Assembly (NCBI RefSeq): GCF_006345805.1
Contig: NC_043018.1
Span: forward strand, 9,982,001-10,046,000
Length of the DNA stretch: 64,000 bases
Source of the DNA: Octopus sinensis
Lineage: Eukaryota
Direction: 5' to 3'
Part shown: positions 39,281 through 52,729 of the stretch, in pieces
Layout of the letters: each line of letters begins with the position of its first letter
How positions within the stretch are numbered: position 1 is the stretch's first letter
The notes under the pieces: generated by a model
Told to the model about the DNA's origin: nothing
Database searches by the model: none
The model's input: the letters and a program-made list of their open reading frames with translations, nothing else
Translations under genes and position numbers: made by a program

Positions 39281-39849
39281 TTAAAAAAAAATATATATAT
39301 ATATATGGGGCATAATAAGTAAGATTTATTGCATTTTTGATTTCGAAAAAAAAAAAAAATTTTCAACAAATATTCACAACCTTACAAAAACTATATCAGC
39401 CAAGCAAATGACTGTCTCTAAATGCAATAAAAACATTACAACATAATCTGAGCACCATTTCAGAGAATTATTTCCATTCTCTCTGAGAATATAAAAGACA
39501 AATTTAGATGGGCAAAATGAGTAAAACAAGATAAGGTAAACTTACCATTTCCATTCTCCAGAATTACATTCAGAAATAGACTCGTACACATCAATAGCCA
39601 TCCATAAACATTAGAAAGAAGAGAAATGCTACAAAAATGAAAAATATTAAATGAAAGAGGATCATGGGAAAATGACATGAAATTTATGAAACTTGACTAA
39701 ATCTAAAAATTCAACAAAAAAAGTATTCTCTACAGCTTATAATCTGCTGGAGTGGTTCTCTTCCTGATATATTTTTATGCAGTTAAAGAGAAGAAGTTAT
39801 TGAAATTAGTCATTATTCAATTTGTTTTCATTTTGAAGTGATGTCATGG

Positions 39850-40633
39850 GAAAAGTTACATTCCAAGAATACACCATGGTCTCAATGAAGAAGATCTGAA
39901 CCAAAGAGTGGAATTTTGTGAGCGGTACTTGGCAAAAGGACAAGAAGATTCACACTTTCCAACAAAGATCTTTTGGGGTGATGAAATTACGATTAAATTA
40001 AATGGCTCAATTAACTGCTACAGTTGCACCTGCTGGGAATTTGAGAATCTCCTTATTCCGCATCATAATTTAATGTTTGTTTCCCATGCTAGCACAGGAT
40101 GGATGGGTTGACCAAAGCGGGCAAGGTCAGGGGTCGCACCAAGCTCCATTGTCTGTTCTGGCATGACTTCTACACCTGGGTGCCCTTCCTAATGCTAACC
40201 ACTTTACAGAGTGTACTGGGTGGTTTTTATGTGACACCAGCACCAGTATCAATTCTGCTGTGGCGGACAGGCCTTCTTGAGTATAGCCAAGCACCAGACA
40301 TCTCGGTCCTTTGTCATCTCCTTTGCAAGGCTTGATGTCTTCAGATCAGCCTTTGATATTAGGGAGCAATATCATATTAATTTACCAGGTGTTACTGGAT
40401 AGTGCCGCTTATCATCAAAAGGAATAATTAGATGATTCTCTTTTGACGGTTCCATGACTTCTGATTTCTTGAACTTGTGACAATCTGCCAAGCCAAGCAT
40501 GCAAGAGGACTTAAAGATGTGAAGTTTTATTCTCAGTAAGACGGGAACCCCCCCCCCCATACTATCATAGTAATTTAATAAACACTGAATTTATAGTCAT
40601 TCAATGTGTGTATATATTTTTCGGGACACCCTG
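39850..40633 (+). mobile_element. Decayed Tc1/mariner-superfamily transposon, interrupted by a minus-strand RTE 3' end (40060-40355)
   Basis: LNEEDLNQRVEFCERYLAKGQEDSHFPTKIFWGDEITIKLNGSINCYSC (first catalytic D region); 3' TIR ttttcgggacaccctg. Confidence 0.7.
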
Positions 40634-41053
40634 TGTGTGTGTGTGTATACAGCCGACAGTTCAAAATGCTTGATGAAGTGTTTGGATGTGTAAGTCATAT
40701 TATATAATATATTGTATAGAAATAAACATCTATGCTACCAAGACATACATAACATAATTTAAATGAGAGCTTCACTATTCATGTTCCTATATATATACAC
40801 ATACATGTATGTACAAATATATATTTACACACACATATAGAGTTGGTCATAGCTAGAATGGCTTTGATCATTGGTAAGTTTGGTTAAATTTGACAGATTG
40901 TCAGAAATCAACTGCCAATTCCACAAATTGTTAAGTCACAACATTCTACAAGACACATTTGATGATAATTTCATTACAATGTTTTAATGCTGAAATGATG
41001 TTTTTCTCTCTTCTCTTTCTCTCTCTCCCTCTCTTTCTTTCTCTTTATTTCAG

Positions 41054-41304
41054 CAACGACAGCCCAAGTTTTGGTTCCCGTTTCTATGACAACATCTTAT
41101 TTAATCTTAAACATTGAAATTACAAAGATATTAATTAACATGAAATTTTACAAATTTTCATTATTGGTAGAATGATTTTACACCTTCTCATGCTGTTTTC
41201 TTTTTCTTTTTTTATATTTTCCAGGTAAGTTAACGAGATACTTCATCAATGTTGCTATCTTCTGTAAGAATATCAGTTATCTAACATTAACGGTAAACAT
41301 TCAG
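41054..41304 (+). other. Candidate plus-strand exon(s)
   Basis: Long pyrimidine tract + cAG at 41053; ttttccAG|GTAAGT at 41224/41225; cAG|GTAAGA at 41304/41305. Confidence 0.45.
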
Positions 41305-41665
41305 GTAAGATTTCTCTCCCTCTGTCTGTGTCTGTCTGTTCCTGTTTTTATTGGACCAAAACGATTACATGAATAAAACACGATACTACAAACCTGTTGG
41401 TCTTCGGTTCAAACCCACAGCTAATATTTCATTTTGTCTTTGGGTAGATTATTTAATTCTACATGCTGTAGTTTATCTAGATGTAGGGAACAGGGACTAG
41501 ATTTGCATGTTTGAAACCTGTAATAGACCATCATTATAATCCAGGTGAGGTTTCCCCTCTTTCATTTACTTGCAGAAATCACAAACCAGTAAGGTGGCTC
41601 TCTATGCTGTTACTTAATCTTCCAGAAATAGTAAAATCCTTATTAAATTTACCCTCCCCTCTTAA

Positions 41666-41888
41666 CCCTTTAGCATTTAAACCAGTCAAATCCAACCAAA
41701 ATATTTTAGCTGTTTTATGTACAAAGTGGCCAGATCTAGCCTCTCACACTAACCCTATAATGTCATTCTAAAAATTTACAGTTGCCTCATCAAAATCTCA
41801 TTCATAGCTACAAGATAACACATAAATAATTTAAAACACATGAATGAATAAGTATTACTTTTGACTGAGTAACCTCAATGCTAAAGGG
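41666..41888 (+). mobile_element. piggyBac-like MITE
   Basis: TTAA|ccctttagcatt ... aatgctaaaggg|TTAA; partial tandem copy 41893-42093; other copies at 20627 and 59720. Confidence 0.85.
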
Positions 41889-43314
41889 TTAAACTGGCCA
41901 TATCCTGCCAAAATATTTGGTTTTATATACAAAGTGGTGAGACCTGGCCTCTCACACAAATCCTATGTCGTTCCAAAAATTCAGCTGCCTCATCAAAGTC
42001 TCATTTATAACTATGAGATAATGCATGACTAATTCAAATCATGTGAATAAATTAGAATTACTTTTGACAAAATAATGTGAATGCTTAAAGGTTATGTTAC
42101 ATTATGAGGGACACTTTAGCTGACGTGATTCTTGATGTACTGGGTCCTTGGGAAGGGATGAAATGGGCACTTGTTCAAGGAGGACCAAGGATTGTGAAAC
42201 CCATTTGTGTGTTTAGCCTTTACTCGTGGTGATGAAAGAGCCTCTATGTGATCATTTGAGCATCTAGAAATAGCAGCCAAATCTCCATGACATGATTTCT
42301 GGTTTAGGCAAAAGGCCAGTAGCTTTGAGGGAAGGGGAAGGGAAGGGATAAGTTGATAACCTCAACCCCATTTGTATAACTGGTACTTTAGATTATCCTT
42401 TCGATAATCTAAAATACCAGTTGTAGTGATGAAAGTTGAATTTGAGACTGAGGGTGGATTTGAACTCAGAATGTAAAGACCTGGAACAAATACCACAAAG
42501 CATTTCTCCTATGGTTGGTGGGTGATTTATATACCCAGACCTCTCTCTCTTGTAAGAAAATCTCCCTCTCTGAACATGTCTTGGGTTTATGTTACTGGAC
42601 TTCTTTTCCAGAAATATTTCTCCCTTGTGGTTATCCTGGGGTTATATAACCAGATCAATCTCTCAGTAGTAGTGAACGATTTACATAACTAGAACTCTCT
42701 CACGGAAATGTTCCTTCTGCTGTAGATGTCCTAGTTTATATACCCAGACCCTTACATGGTGGGGTGGGGGAAATAGCTTCCATCCCTTAAGATTGCTCAG
42801 GGTTCATATAACAAGACCCTTATTCCAAAAGTTCCCTTTTCCTTTCCAACGGATTTTATCCAATCAGAAACAGCAGTTATCACACTAACTCTACAGCAGA
42901 ATATATCCATGTGAATTTTCTCTATTTTTAGTGGGTTTTTTTTTTTCCATTATAAATATCAAGAGCAGCTTTTCTATTTGCTTGTGTCTTGTTATTTACC
43001 TTTCTTTCACAATGTAATATTGATCCGGGACAAACAAGATTTATATTGATGTCAGTCAAACTGTAACAAACCAGATGACAAAATATTGAACCAAGCAACG
43101 TTAGACATAAAGCTGAGTAATAAATATTCACACAAACGTTAAGCAGTGTGCAGTATCTTACTCTGCTTTTTTGTATCACTATGCTGTTGGTTTGGTCATG
43201 GCTGCCGTAAGACTTGACGCAGCTCGATATGACTGACTCTCGATGATGTGATACTGTACAATGCACTAGATACACCTAGTTTGATACAAAGGATACCGTA
43301 TGGAAAGTTGTATA

Positions 43315-43740
43315 TAACTCGCCCCTACAAAGTAACAATTTACACTACATGGTTTTCAACTGGTTCTCTACACATAATTTTCCTTAACTAGTTCTCTACA
43401 AAGTGCTACTATACAACACACTGGATGCAACTAGTTTGGCGGTACAAACAGATACTATAAGCTAGACTCTCTACAACCCAGTCTTTATAAAGTGAAGCAG
43501 TACACTAAACTCTCTACAACTAGTTCTCTACAAAAAATACTCTACAAAGAATACTCTCCACCAGATTCTCTACAACTGGTTTTCTACAAAGCGATACTCT
43601 ACTCTAGATTCTCTACAAGTTAGTTCTTTTCAAAGTGATTCTCTAAAAGCTAATCCTCTTCAAAGTAACACTCCATATCAAACTCTCTACTGTTGGTTTT
43701 CTACAAAGGATTCTGTACAGTTTTATTGGATTGTCTACAT
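43315..43740. repeat. Degenerate ttctctacaa minisatellite
   Basis: Recurrent ctctacaa units. Confidence 0.7.
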
Positions 43741-45128
43741 TAACTATGAAAAAATAAACCATGCAAAGTAGTCCAATACCATTTCTTTTGGCCCCTTCTA
43801 AGATTTGGTTCATGTAAGTAAACAGATATGCTTTATACTTTAATATTGCGATGATTTCTTATAACTTGTGTCGTTTTAGATGTTGTTTTTGTATTTTCCT
43901 CTTCTGCAGTTTTCAGAATTTCTTTTTTTTATTTGTATTTTTGGTTGTAAAAGTAAATGATGGATGATTGATTAAACTCCAGAAAAAGCTGTGCAACGAA
44001 GTTAGATGATATTGAATGCCATGGGAAAAAATGGATTGCCTTGGATCTTGTTAAAATATGTGGGGGAAGAACCTAAATATTTGGTGTTGTGTTGTCATTC
44101 TTGTTGACCTTGTCTCTCTCAGAAGACATCATTATGATCATGACCACCATCATCATCATCAATATAACTAATGTCACTGGCATCACCACCACCACCACCA
44201 GCACCATCATCGTTGTCATCATCATCATCAGCCTCATCATTGTCGTTGTTGTCATCATCATCATTGCTTTAAATGTTCCCTTTTAATGCTTGCACGAGTC
44301 CTGTGGAATTTGTTGAGGCTGATTTTCTACAGCTCAGATGCTCTTCCTGTCATTAACCCTCAATCTGTTTCCAATTGAGGTTAATGTTTCCCCATAACCA
44401 TACGAGTTTTTCAAGAAATGGATGACGGTCGCTTACAACCTTCATGCATCAAGACAAGGGGACACACACACACAAACACTCATACACACACACACACAAA
44501 CATGAACACACATACGCATTATTATTTGCAAGCAATTTGCAGATACAAATGCAACCAGTTGAAAACTCCGCACACTGAATATTAGCAGGCTTATGGGGCC
44601 ATCAGGAGAAAATGCGTGCTGTTTCAGGGCCTTCTTCTCAACAGCACTGTATATATGAGAAGCTTATTTCAGCTTTCATCTATGAAATCCACTCACAAGG
44701 TCTTGGTTGGTGCTGTGTCCGAGGTGCTGTGAAACTCCATGGTTCAGAAGAATTGCTGAAGAAGCGAGTTTATGTGAATCCACAATCTAAGGCTCACCAC
44801 CCTCACGTATTTATTCCGTTCCATTCCATTCCATTAATAAAATCAGCAAAAAATATTTGACTCTCAAGTGAAAAGGAAATCTCTAAGTGGTTGTTGAAAA
44901 TACCCAGAAATAACAGCTAGATCTCCCTCGTATCATATTCTACTTAGTTAAAAATAGAAGGACACATTAAACCGTGTACTCCTAAGTGGTTGCTCAAAGT
45001 AACTAGAAATAGTAGCTAGATCTCACTCAAACCATACTCTAATAATGATCTTAACAACAGACTCACTTGATGTTGGATGTATACTGACCATTCCCCCTAA
45101 GAAAAAAAGACAGTTAAACAGGATAGTA

Positions 45129-45641
45129 TTGGGTTGTCCAGAAAGTTCATGCCGATTTATAGCAGCTTACCTTTCGACTTATTTTAGAAAATGGTTGAGT
45201 CCATAAAATAGGATTTGACTACAACTATAACCTGTGTTAATTCTGTAACCCTTTAAAATGGAAGATAAGAAAGTTCATTTTCGGCACTTGATGCTTTGGG
45301 AACCAGACAAAAATTGCTGCAGCTCGGCTGGGATGTGTTACCCCACCCTCCATATTCACCAGATATTGCTCCTTCGGATTTCCACTTATTCAGGTCTCTG
45401 CAGAATAGTCTTAATGATAAAAATTTCAATTCCTTGGATGACGTAAAAAGATACCTTGATTAATTCTTTGACATGAAACCACCTTAATTCTAGGAAGAGG
45501 GTATTTTCAAGAAAAAGGAAAGATGGAGACGCATTGTGCAACAAAATGGTTCGTATTTGGTTGATTAAAAATGTAATGGCAAGAATTTATTAACCTTTTT
45601 CTTTCCTTTAAAAATCGGCACGAGCATTCTGGACAACCCAA
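45129..45641 (+). mobile_element. Internally deleted mariner element
   Basis: TA|ttgggttgtccagaaagttcatgccgattt ... aaatcggcacgagcattctggacaacccaa|TA; MEDKKVHFRHLMLWE fused to LGWDVLPHPPYSPDIAPSDFHLFRSLQNSL...WRRIVQQNGSYLVD*. Confidence 0.95.
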
Positions 45642-46019
45642 TATAATAATAAAACCATGGATCTCTGTTGTAGATCAAAGTGTTTTTTATATCTTTTTTC
45701 CTCTATTTTTATGTGAAGACACATGAGCTAGGGATTAAGTTATGGGGATTAAGATAAGAAAGTTGTGGGGATTAATCCCTGAATCAAGTGGTGCATTGTG
45801 TCCTTAAACAAGACCCTTCATTTCATGTAGTTCCAATTTACTCAACTGAAAATGAGGACCAAGTGAGTTCTGATGCAGCCAAATCGCCCTTCCAGATGTG
45901 ACATTCTGGATGCTTCATTGAGTCAGGGAGAAGAAGACCAAGAGAGTGTCTGTGTCTGCTCATGACAATGGAGTCATGTATTTGTCATGACTCCTAGGAC
46001 TCATAAGGCCTGAGCTGAA

Positions 46020-46262
46020 CCCTATTTCTATGGCCTATAAATAACTGAGATTAACATGGCTCCCCACTGAAAGAGACGCCAGTGCATCGCAGGTTCAACT
46101 TTTCACCTATTGTTGGGGCTCATTTACAGCTGAGTGGACTGGGGCAACATGAAATGAAGGGTTTTGCTTAAGAACACAATGCACCTTCCAGTTTAGGAAT
46201 TGAAACCATGATCTTACGGTCATTATCGCAACCTCCTAACCACTAGGCCACATGCCTTCACA
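46020..46262 (-). mobile_element. tRNA-derived SINE (family B-related)
   Basis: Minus head gtgaaggcatgtggcctagtggttagg...; CORE-like gtgttcttaagcaaaacccttcatttc. Confidence 0.7.
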
Positions 46263-47245
46263 CTTGTGACTACACAGGCACCTAAAGCAATAATTGAAAG
46301 CATGGTACAAACTACTCTGTTGTACTTGCTTGTGACTGACAACTAAGCCTCAACTGTTTCGGCATTAAAGGGTCATTACTTGCCCATGTTGTGACTGATA
46401 TTGGTTGTGATAGTCATCTATCTTCACAGCAAGGTGTAGGGGTCCAGGGGTCGACTGTGATGGGTGTGTATATGGTGATGAGGGGACAGTGAGGAACAGT
46501 AGTAGGAATGGTACGCGGCCATGTCCACTGCAATTAGGGTTTGTCAGAAGACTTCTCTGGTGTGTGTGTGAGTTGTGGCAGTGGTGGTGGTCACTAGTGG
46601 CAATAACTCCCATCTTCTACTCCCACCACTGCAAGTCTAGATTAATGGTATGGGTCCATAATGTGTGTGTTATTGCTATTGTTGGGGTGGTGTTGGTGGG
46701 GGTGGCTGTGACTGGTGGTAGTGGTGGCCATCTCTTACCCCTCTGACCCCACACTGCATATATTGTTTCTAAGACCAACAATTTAGGGGTGGGGAGCAGG
46801 GCTTAGTCGACGCTTCATTTTGGTATTTTATTGTATAAACCCCAGAGAGTTGTTAGGAAAATTTGACCTTGATGGGATTTGAACTCAGAATGTAAAGATC
46901 CAAAATGAAATATTGCTTTCAAATTTTGGCACAAGGCCAGCAATTTCAGAGAAGGGGTTAAATCAACCCCAGTGTCCAGCTGGTACATATTTTATAAACC
47001 CTGAAAGGATAAAAAGCAAAGTCGACCTCAGCAGAATTTGAACTCAGAGTGTAAAGATGGAGGAAATGCTAAGCATTTAGCCTGGAATGGTAACGATTCT
47101 GCCAGCATGCCACCTTGATCCAGAATGAAATATTGCAAGGAATGTTTGGTGGGAAACGTTTCATCAATACCTTAATAAGATTCTTTATTTTATCAACCCT
47201 GGAGGCATGAAGGACAAAGTTGACCTTGGTGGTATTTCAACTTAG

Positions 47246-47735
47246 ACTAGAGAGAGCAAACCTCCACCAAGGCAACACCAATGTCCTCTCAATGATTAGC
47301 CAGAGATGATTTTTAAAATGAGAATATCTGAAATAAACTCAACTGCTCTCACAAACGAGAATACTAAAAATGAACCTGACCACTCACAAAAAGTACGTAA
47401 AAAATACAGGAAAAATAATCCAGAATCCTTGTCTGGTACCGGATCGATCCCAAAATCTAATCAGTTTGTGCCAGTCAAAAGGCCAAACATCCCTGAAAGT
47501 TTCATCCGAATCCATCCATTAGTTCTTGAAATGCTGGAGCACCACCTTTAGTCAAACAAATTAACCCCAGGACTTATTCTTTGTAAGCCCAGTACTTAAT
47601 CTATTGGTTTCTTTTGCTGAACCGTTAAGTTATGGGGACATAATCACACCAGCATCAGTGGTCAAATGATGTTGTTCATGGACAAACAAACACAACTGAA
47701 AACAATACCTCTGCCTTGGCAAAGGCAGAGGTAAA
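47246..47735 (+). mobile_element. Helentron/HINE-like non-autonomous element with a nested SINE fragment
   Basis: Subterminal acctccaccaaggc and 3' hairpin acctctgcctt-ggca-aaggcagaggt; family A SINE piece at ~47530-47672. Confidence 0.6.
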
Positions 47736-48295
47736 TATAAAGATCCAACATAAATTATCTCATGGCACTTTTGATAGAAAAGGCTTAGATAGTACTTTAT
47801 TTTATCAACACTGGAGGGATGAAGGACAAACTTGACCTAGGTGAGATTTGAACTCAGAATGTGAAGAGCCAGACAGAATACAACCCAGCATTTTTTCCGA
47901 TACTCTAACAATTCTACCAGCTTGTTACATTTCCTTCAATACAAAACAAGATTCACAAGTTATGAACTGATGTAAAGGTCAAAAGTGAAACTAGACAATG
48001 AGTTCCCTCCCTTCTCCTTACCTTCTCCTATCAGCTGACTCAACTCAAGGGATTTCTTAGAATGAGTGGGACATGCAGAGAAACTTGTTTTATATGACAA
48101 ATACTTCTGTTGCTATTACGTCATTCGACTGAATGACTGTTGGCCATCACTCATTCTGACTAATTTGTACAGAAGTATATGTATTATGTGATGGTTGCTC
48201 CAGACAGTTTCAACGTAGGAGTGTTTGAAAGAGAAGACTGACAATTAAAGAGAGAAATAGAAAGAAAAAAACCACTAAGAATGTATCTATATATG

Positions 48296-48598
48296 TGGAG
48301 GTGCAATGGCCCAGTGGTTAGGGCAGCGGACTCGCGGTTGTAGGATCGCAGTTTCGATTCCCAGACCGGGCGTTGTGAGTGTTTATTGAGCGAAAACACC
48401 TAAAAGCTCCATGAAGCTCCGGCAGGGGGTGGTGGCGATCCCTGCTGTACTCTTTTGCCACAATTTTCTCTCACTCTTTCATCTGTTGGCCTGCTTGCTT
48501 AGCCAACAGGGTGGCGTCATTTGAAGGCAAAGCGCATTGTGACCAGCGATGTGTACCAACATATGATAGCCTGTTCGGTCACGGTGATCACGGTGATA
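48296..48598 (+). mobile_element. tRNA-derived SINE (family D)
   Basis: tggcccagtggttagggcagcggactcgcgg...gtttcgattccc head; tail gcattgtgaccagcgatgtg...cacggtgat also seen at 22225 and 24698 (minus). Confidence 0.85.
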
Positions 48599-48618
48599 TA
48601 TATATATATATATATAAC

Positions 48619-48994
48619 AGGTGCAGGAGTGGTTGTGTGTTAAGTAGCTTGCTAACCAACCACATGGCTCCAGATTCAGTCCCACTACATGGCACCTTGG
48701 GCAAGTGTCTTCTACTATAGCTTCAGGCTGACCAAAGCCATTTGAGTTGATTTGGTAGATGGAAACTGAAAGAAGTCTGTCATATATATATATGTGTGTG
48801 TGTCTGCCCCCCCCCCCCCATCATTTGACCACTGATGCTGGTGTGATTATGTCTCCATAATTTAACTGTTCAGCAAAAGAAACCGATAGATTAAGTATTG
48901 GGCTTACAAAGAATAAGTCCTGGGGTTAATTTGTTTGACTAAAGGTGGTGCTCCAGCATGGCCACAGTGAAATGACTGAAACAAATAAAAGAAT
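48619..48994 (+). mobile_element. Family A SINE
   Basis: Same layout as 21766. Confidence 0.85.
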
Positions 48995-49619
48995 ATATTC
49001 TCAGAGTGGAACGCTCCAGGGGCAATCCCATGGTCATTCATCAGCGAAGGGGGTCTTTCCCTTTTACATATATATATATAAAAATATGTAAACACATATA
49101 TACATATGCATACATTTTGTGTATGTATGTCTACAATGCTTGTAGTGTAGGAGTGAAGGATTCAATACAGGGCAAAGCTAAAGTCTGAATACTGAGGAAT
49201 AGAATCTGCCATCTCAATTTGATGGGTCCGCAAGGAAGGGATCCGCTATGTGGACGATTTCAATGCAAGAAATATCAGTCAAATTCCTTTAAATCAGGCT
49301 CTTTTGGCTTATAAAAAAATAGAAAAAAAAAAGCATGAGGGCAACAACATTATACCTCTTGTACTTGATATACATAAAGATGGGGTAGTCATGGCTGGAA
49401 TGATTTTGATTATAGGTTTGCTGGATCAGGATTGAACTGGGATTAAACAACAACAACAACCTCTGCTACATGTTTTGTCACCCACACTATGCATGTGGTC
49501 ACCTACTCTATGTGTTTGGTGGTCGCTCACCCTACATGTTTGGTGGCATGTGCCACATGTTTGACTGCCAAACGCTACACATTCGGTCATTCACCCTACA
49601 TGTTTGGTCAGTCAGGGAG

Positions 49620-50585
49620 GGAGTGAGTGATGGAGGGTGGGAAGGTGGATGGAAGTGAGAGAGGGAGTGAGTGAGCAATGGAGGATGGGGGAAGTGATAG
49701 AGTGAGGGAGGGAGTGAGTGAGTGAGAACTTAAGTGAATGCTGGAGGGTTGTGAGGGCATGAGTGTTCGAGAGAATGAGTAAATGTCTGGCTGAGTGATA
49801 GAGTTAGTAAATGAGAGTGAGTGAGTGAGTCGTTGAATGCAAGTGTGACAGAGAGAGTGAATGGTTGAGTATGAGTGACAGTGAGTGAATGGTTGAGTGT
49901 ATATGTGAGTCTACAATGAGTGAATGGTTGAGTGTGAGTGACAGAGTAAGCAAATGGTTGACTGTGAGTGTGAGTAACAGAGTGACTGAATGGTTGAGTG
50001 TGAGTGACATAGTGAGTGAATGGTTGAATGCAAGTGTGAGTGAGTGTATGGTTGAGTGAACATGTAAGTGTAAGAGTGACTGGTTGAGTGTGAGTGACAC
50101 AATGAGCAAATGGCTGAGTGTGAGTTTGAGCAACAGAATAGTTGAGTGTAAGTGACATAGTGAGTGAAAGGTTGAATGTGAGTGTGAGTGAATGTGACAG
50201 TGAGTGAATGGTTGAGTGTGCATGTGAGTGTAAGAGTGGGTGAATGGTTGAGTGCAAGTGTGAGTTACAGAGGGAGCAAATGGTTGAGTGTGAGTGACAG
50301 AATGAGTGAATGGTTGAGTGCGAATGTGAGTCAGTAACAGAGTGAGTGAATGGTTGAACCAGTGAGTTGTCAGTTGGTGAGTGTAAGTGTGAGTGTAAGA
50401 GTGAGTGAATGGTTGAGTGTGAGTAACAGAGTGAATGAATGGTTGAGTGAGTGAGTGAACGGTTGAACCAGTGAGTTGTCAGTTGGTGAGTGTAAGAGTG
50501 AGTGAATGGTTGAGTGTGAGTAACAGAGTGAGCCAATGGTTGAGTGTGAGTGAACAGTTGAGCCAGTGTGTTGTTAGTTGTTGAG
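49620..50585. repeat. Complex (gagtgaatggttgagtgt)-type minisatellite
   Basis: Repeated aatggttgagtgtgagt units. Confidence 0.9.
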
Positions 50586-51580
50586 GAAATGGAAACAAGT
50601 GACTGTACACGATATCGTTGTTAGAGAACATCAATACGGAACATCTGTTTGAACTGTGTAACTTAAGAAACCATTGAGGAGGAAGAGAGGGAGAGGAGGA
50701 GGAAGAGAGAGAGGGAGGAGAGTAAGGTTCTATAGATAAGCATGGCAGGAGTGTGAGGTGGAGGAGCTGGGAGAGAAGGAAGAAAAAAAATCTATTTTAC
50801 TTCATCCAGTCTGACTTGACAAACAGCCAGGTTAGAACTGTTTTAAAAATCTGCTTTTGTTGTGTTCGGAAGAGGATGACGTAAGAGATGTAAAGGTTTT
50901 CTCAAATAAATACCATAAAAAGAAAAGAAAAAAAAAGTAAAGGAAAAAAAAACAGGTATGTTATAAAAACAAACAAAACAAAAAATTATTGCTAACAACT
51001 AAAAAAAAAGCAAACAGACAAAAACATGAATAAAATATGTCAGCAATTGATTCCAAAATCTTCTTTGAAGACATTTCGTCCTTTCAAAGTGTTTCATGTT
51101 TGGTCCAATAATTTTCCGTAAATGCTATGAGAGATAAATGTCTCTGCAGTGGACTCATTTGGGTATGGCTACATACAGTTGTAGGTGGTGGTGGTAGTGG
51201 TGGTGATTGTGGCAGTAGTGATAGTGGCAGTGGTGGTGGTGGTAGTCATGGTGATAGTGGTGGTCGAAATAGTGGTGGTTGTGGTGGTGGTGGTGGTGAT
51301 AGTGGTGGTTGTGGTGGTGGTGATGGTAGTAGTTGTAAAGATTTGGATCAGATTTCCAATTTGAAGAAAACCTCCTCTTTTCTTCCAATCAGTCAAACAG
51401 TTCCTGATAACCTCATAATGGTCATCCTTGACATGCCATTCTTCAGGTCATCTTTGAGAGCCATTACAGCATTGGCTAGAATGCTTCATGGTTATTTGTT
51501 TCAATGCTTTGTGTTCTGAGTTCAAATCCAGCTGAGATCATCTTGACCTTTTTCCCTTCATGATCCAAGGTGGAGGTTTT

Positions 51581-52003
51581 CTTTACTCTTTACTCTTTTA
51601 CTCTTTTACTTGTTTCAGTCACTTGACTGCGGCCATGCTGGAGCACCGCCTTTAATCGAGCAACACAACCCCAGGACTTATTCTTTTGTAAGCCCAGTAC
51701 TTATTCTATCGGTCTCTTTTGCCGAACCGCTAAGTAACGGGGACGTAAACACACCAGCATCGGTTGTCAAGCAATACTAGGGGGACAAACACAGACACAC
51801 AAACATACATGCACACACACATATATATATACATATATACGATGGGCTTCTTTCAGTTTCCGTCTACCAAATCCACTCACAAGGCATTGGTCGGCCCGGG
51901 GCTATAGTAGAAGACACTTGCCCAAGGTGTCACGCAGTGGGACTGAACCCAGAACCATGTGGCTGGTTAGCAAGCTACTTACCACACAGCCACTCCTGCA
52001 CCT
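51581..52003 (-). mobile_element. Full-length family A SINE
   Basis: Near-identical reverse complement of 54090-54503. Confidence 0.92.
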
Positions 52004-52441
52004 GGTGAGATGTCTTGCAGAACCTGCTCTGATTCTTTGCACTCTGAGAGCAATGTCTGCAATAACACTAGTGCCAACCAGTATCATTCCAAGTTGGTGG
52101 TTTTCCTTTGGTTAAACAGCAATGGAGTTGAGAGAGAAGACTTGTATATCTAGGCAACAACAAATCTTCTTAAAAAAACACAATTTTGCCCAATCCTGTA
52201 AATATACTAACAGACAGATGGTCAATCAACATTGACTAAAGGAGGACCTGTCAATCTTGAACCATGTCTTATGCACAATCTTGTAAGTCATTGGTAGTAT
52301 ACACTGGTGTAGCAGTTGTAGTTGTGATGGTGTAATGCAAGGCTTGTCTGGATCTGACAAACCTATAATCACTAAGTCCTTCCTGTCTTTTGCAGATCAG
52401 TTTTAAAATCATGTGTTGTATACATTCATGTATGTGTATGG

Positions 52442-52478
<37 letters not shown>

Positions 52479-52729
52479 GTGTAGGAAAAAATGGAGCTGA
52501 ACGAAGATTTAACAAAATTCCTTTATATTATTTTCTACATATGTTTCGAAGGCTGCATTCAAATTTCCGCACTAAGGCACGGTTTTTATGCCCCATGGTC
52601 GTAACTTCAACCGTGCTTTTTCTGTTGTGATTTTTGCTACCCAGGTATCGGTTATCATTTGAATTATCCGTAATAAGATAATTCATTTATCTACTTCAAT
52701 ATATATATATATATATATATATATCAAAG

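Noticed and set aside
42928-43275. 115-aa Cys-containing ORF
   Set aside because: Non-ATG start and no recognisable domain
49730-50536. 268-aa His/Ser/Thr-rich ORF
   Set aside because: Coincides entirely with the gagtgaatggtt minisatellite
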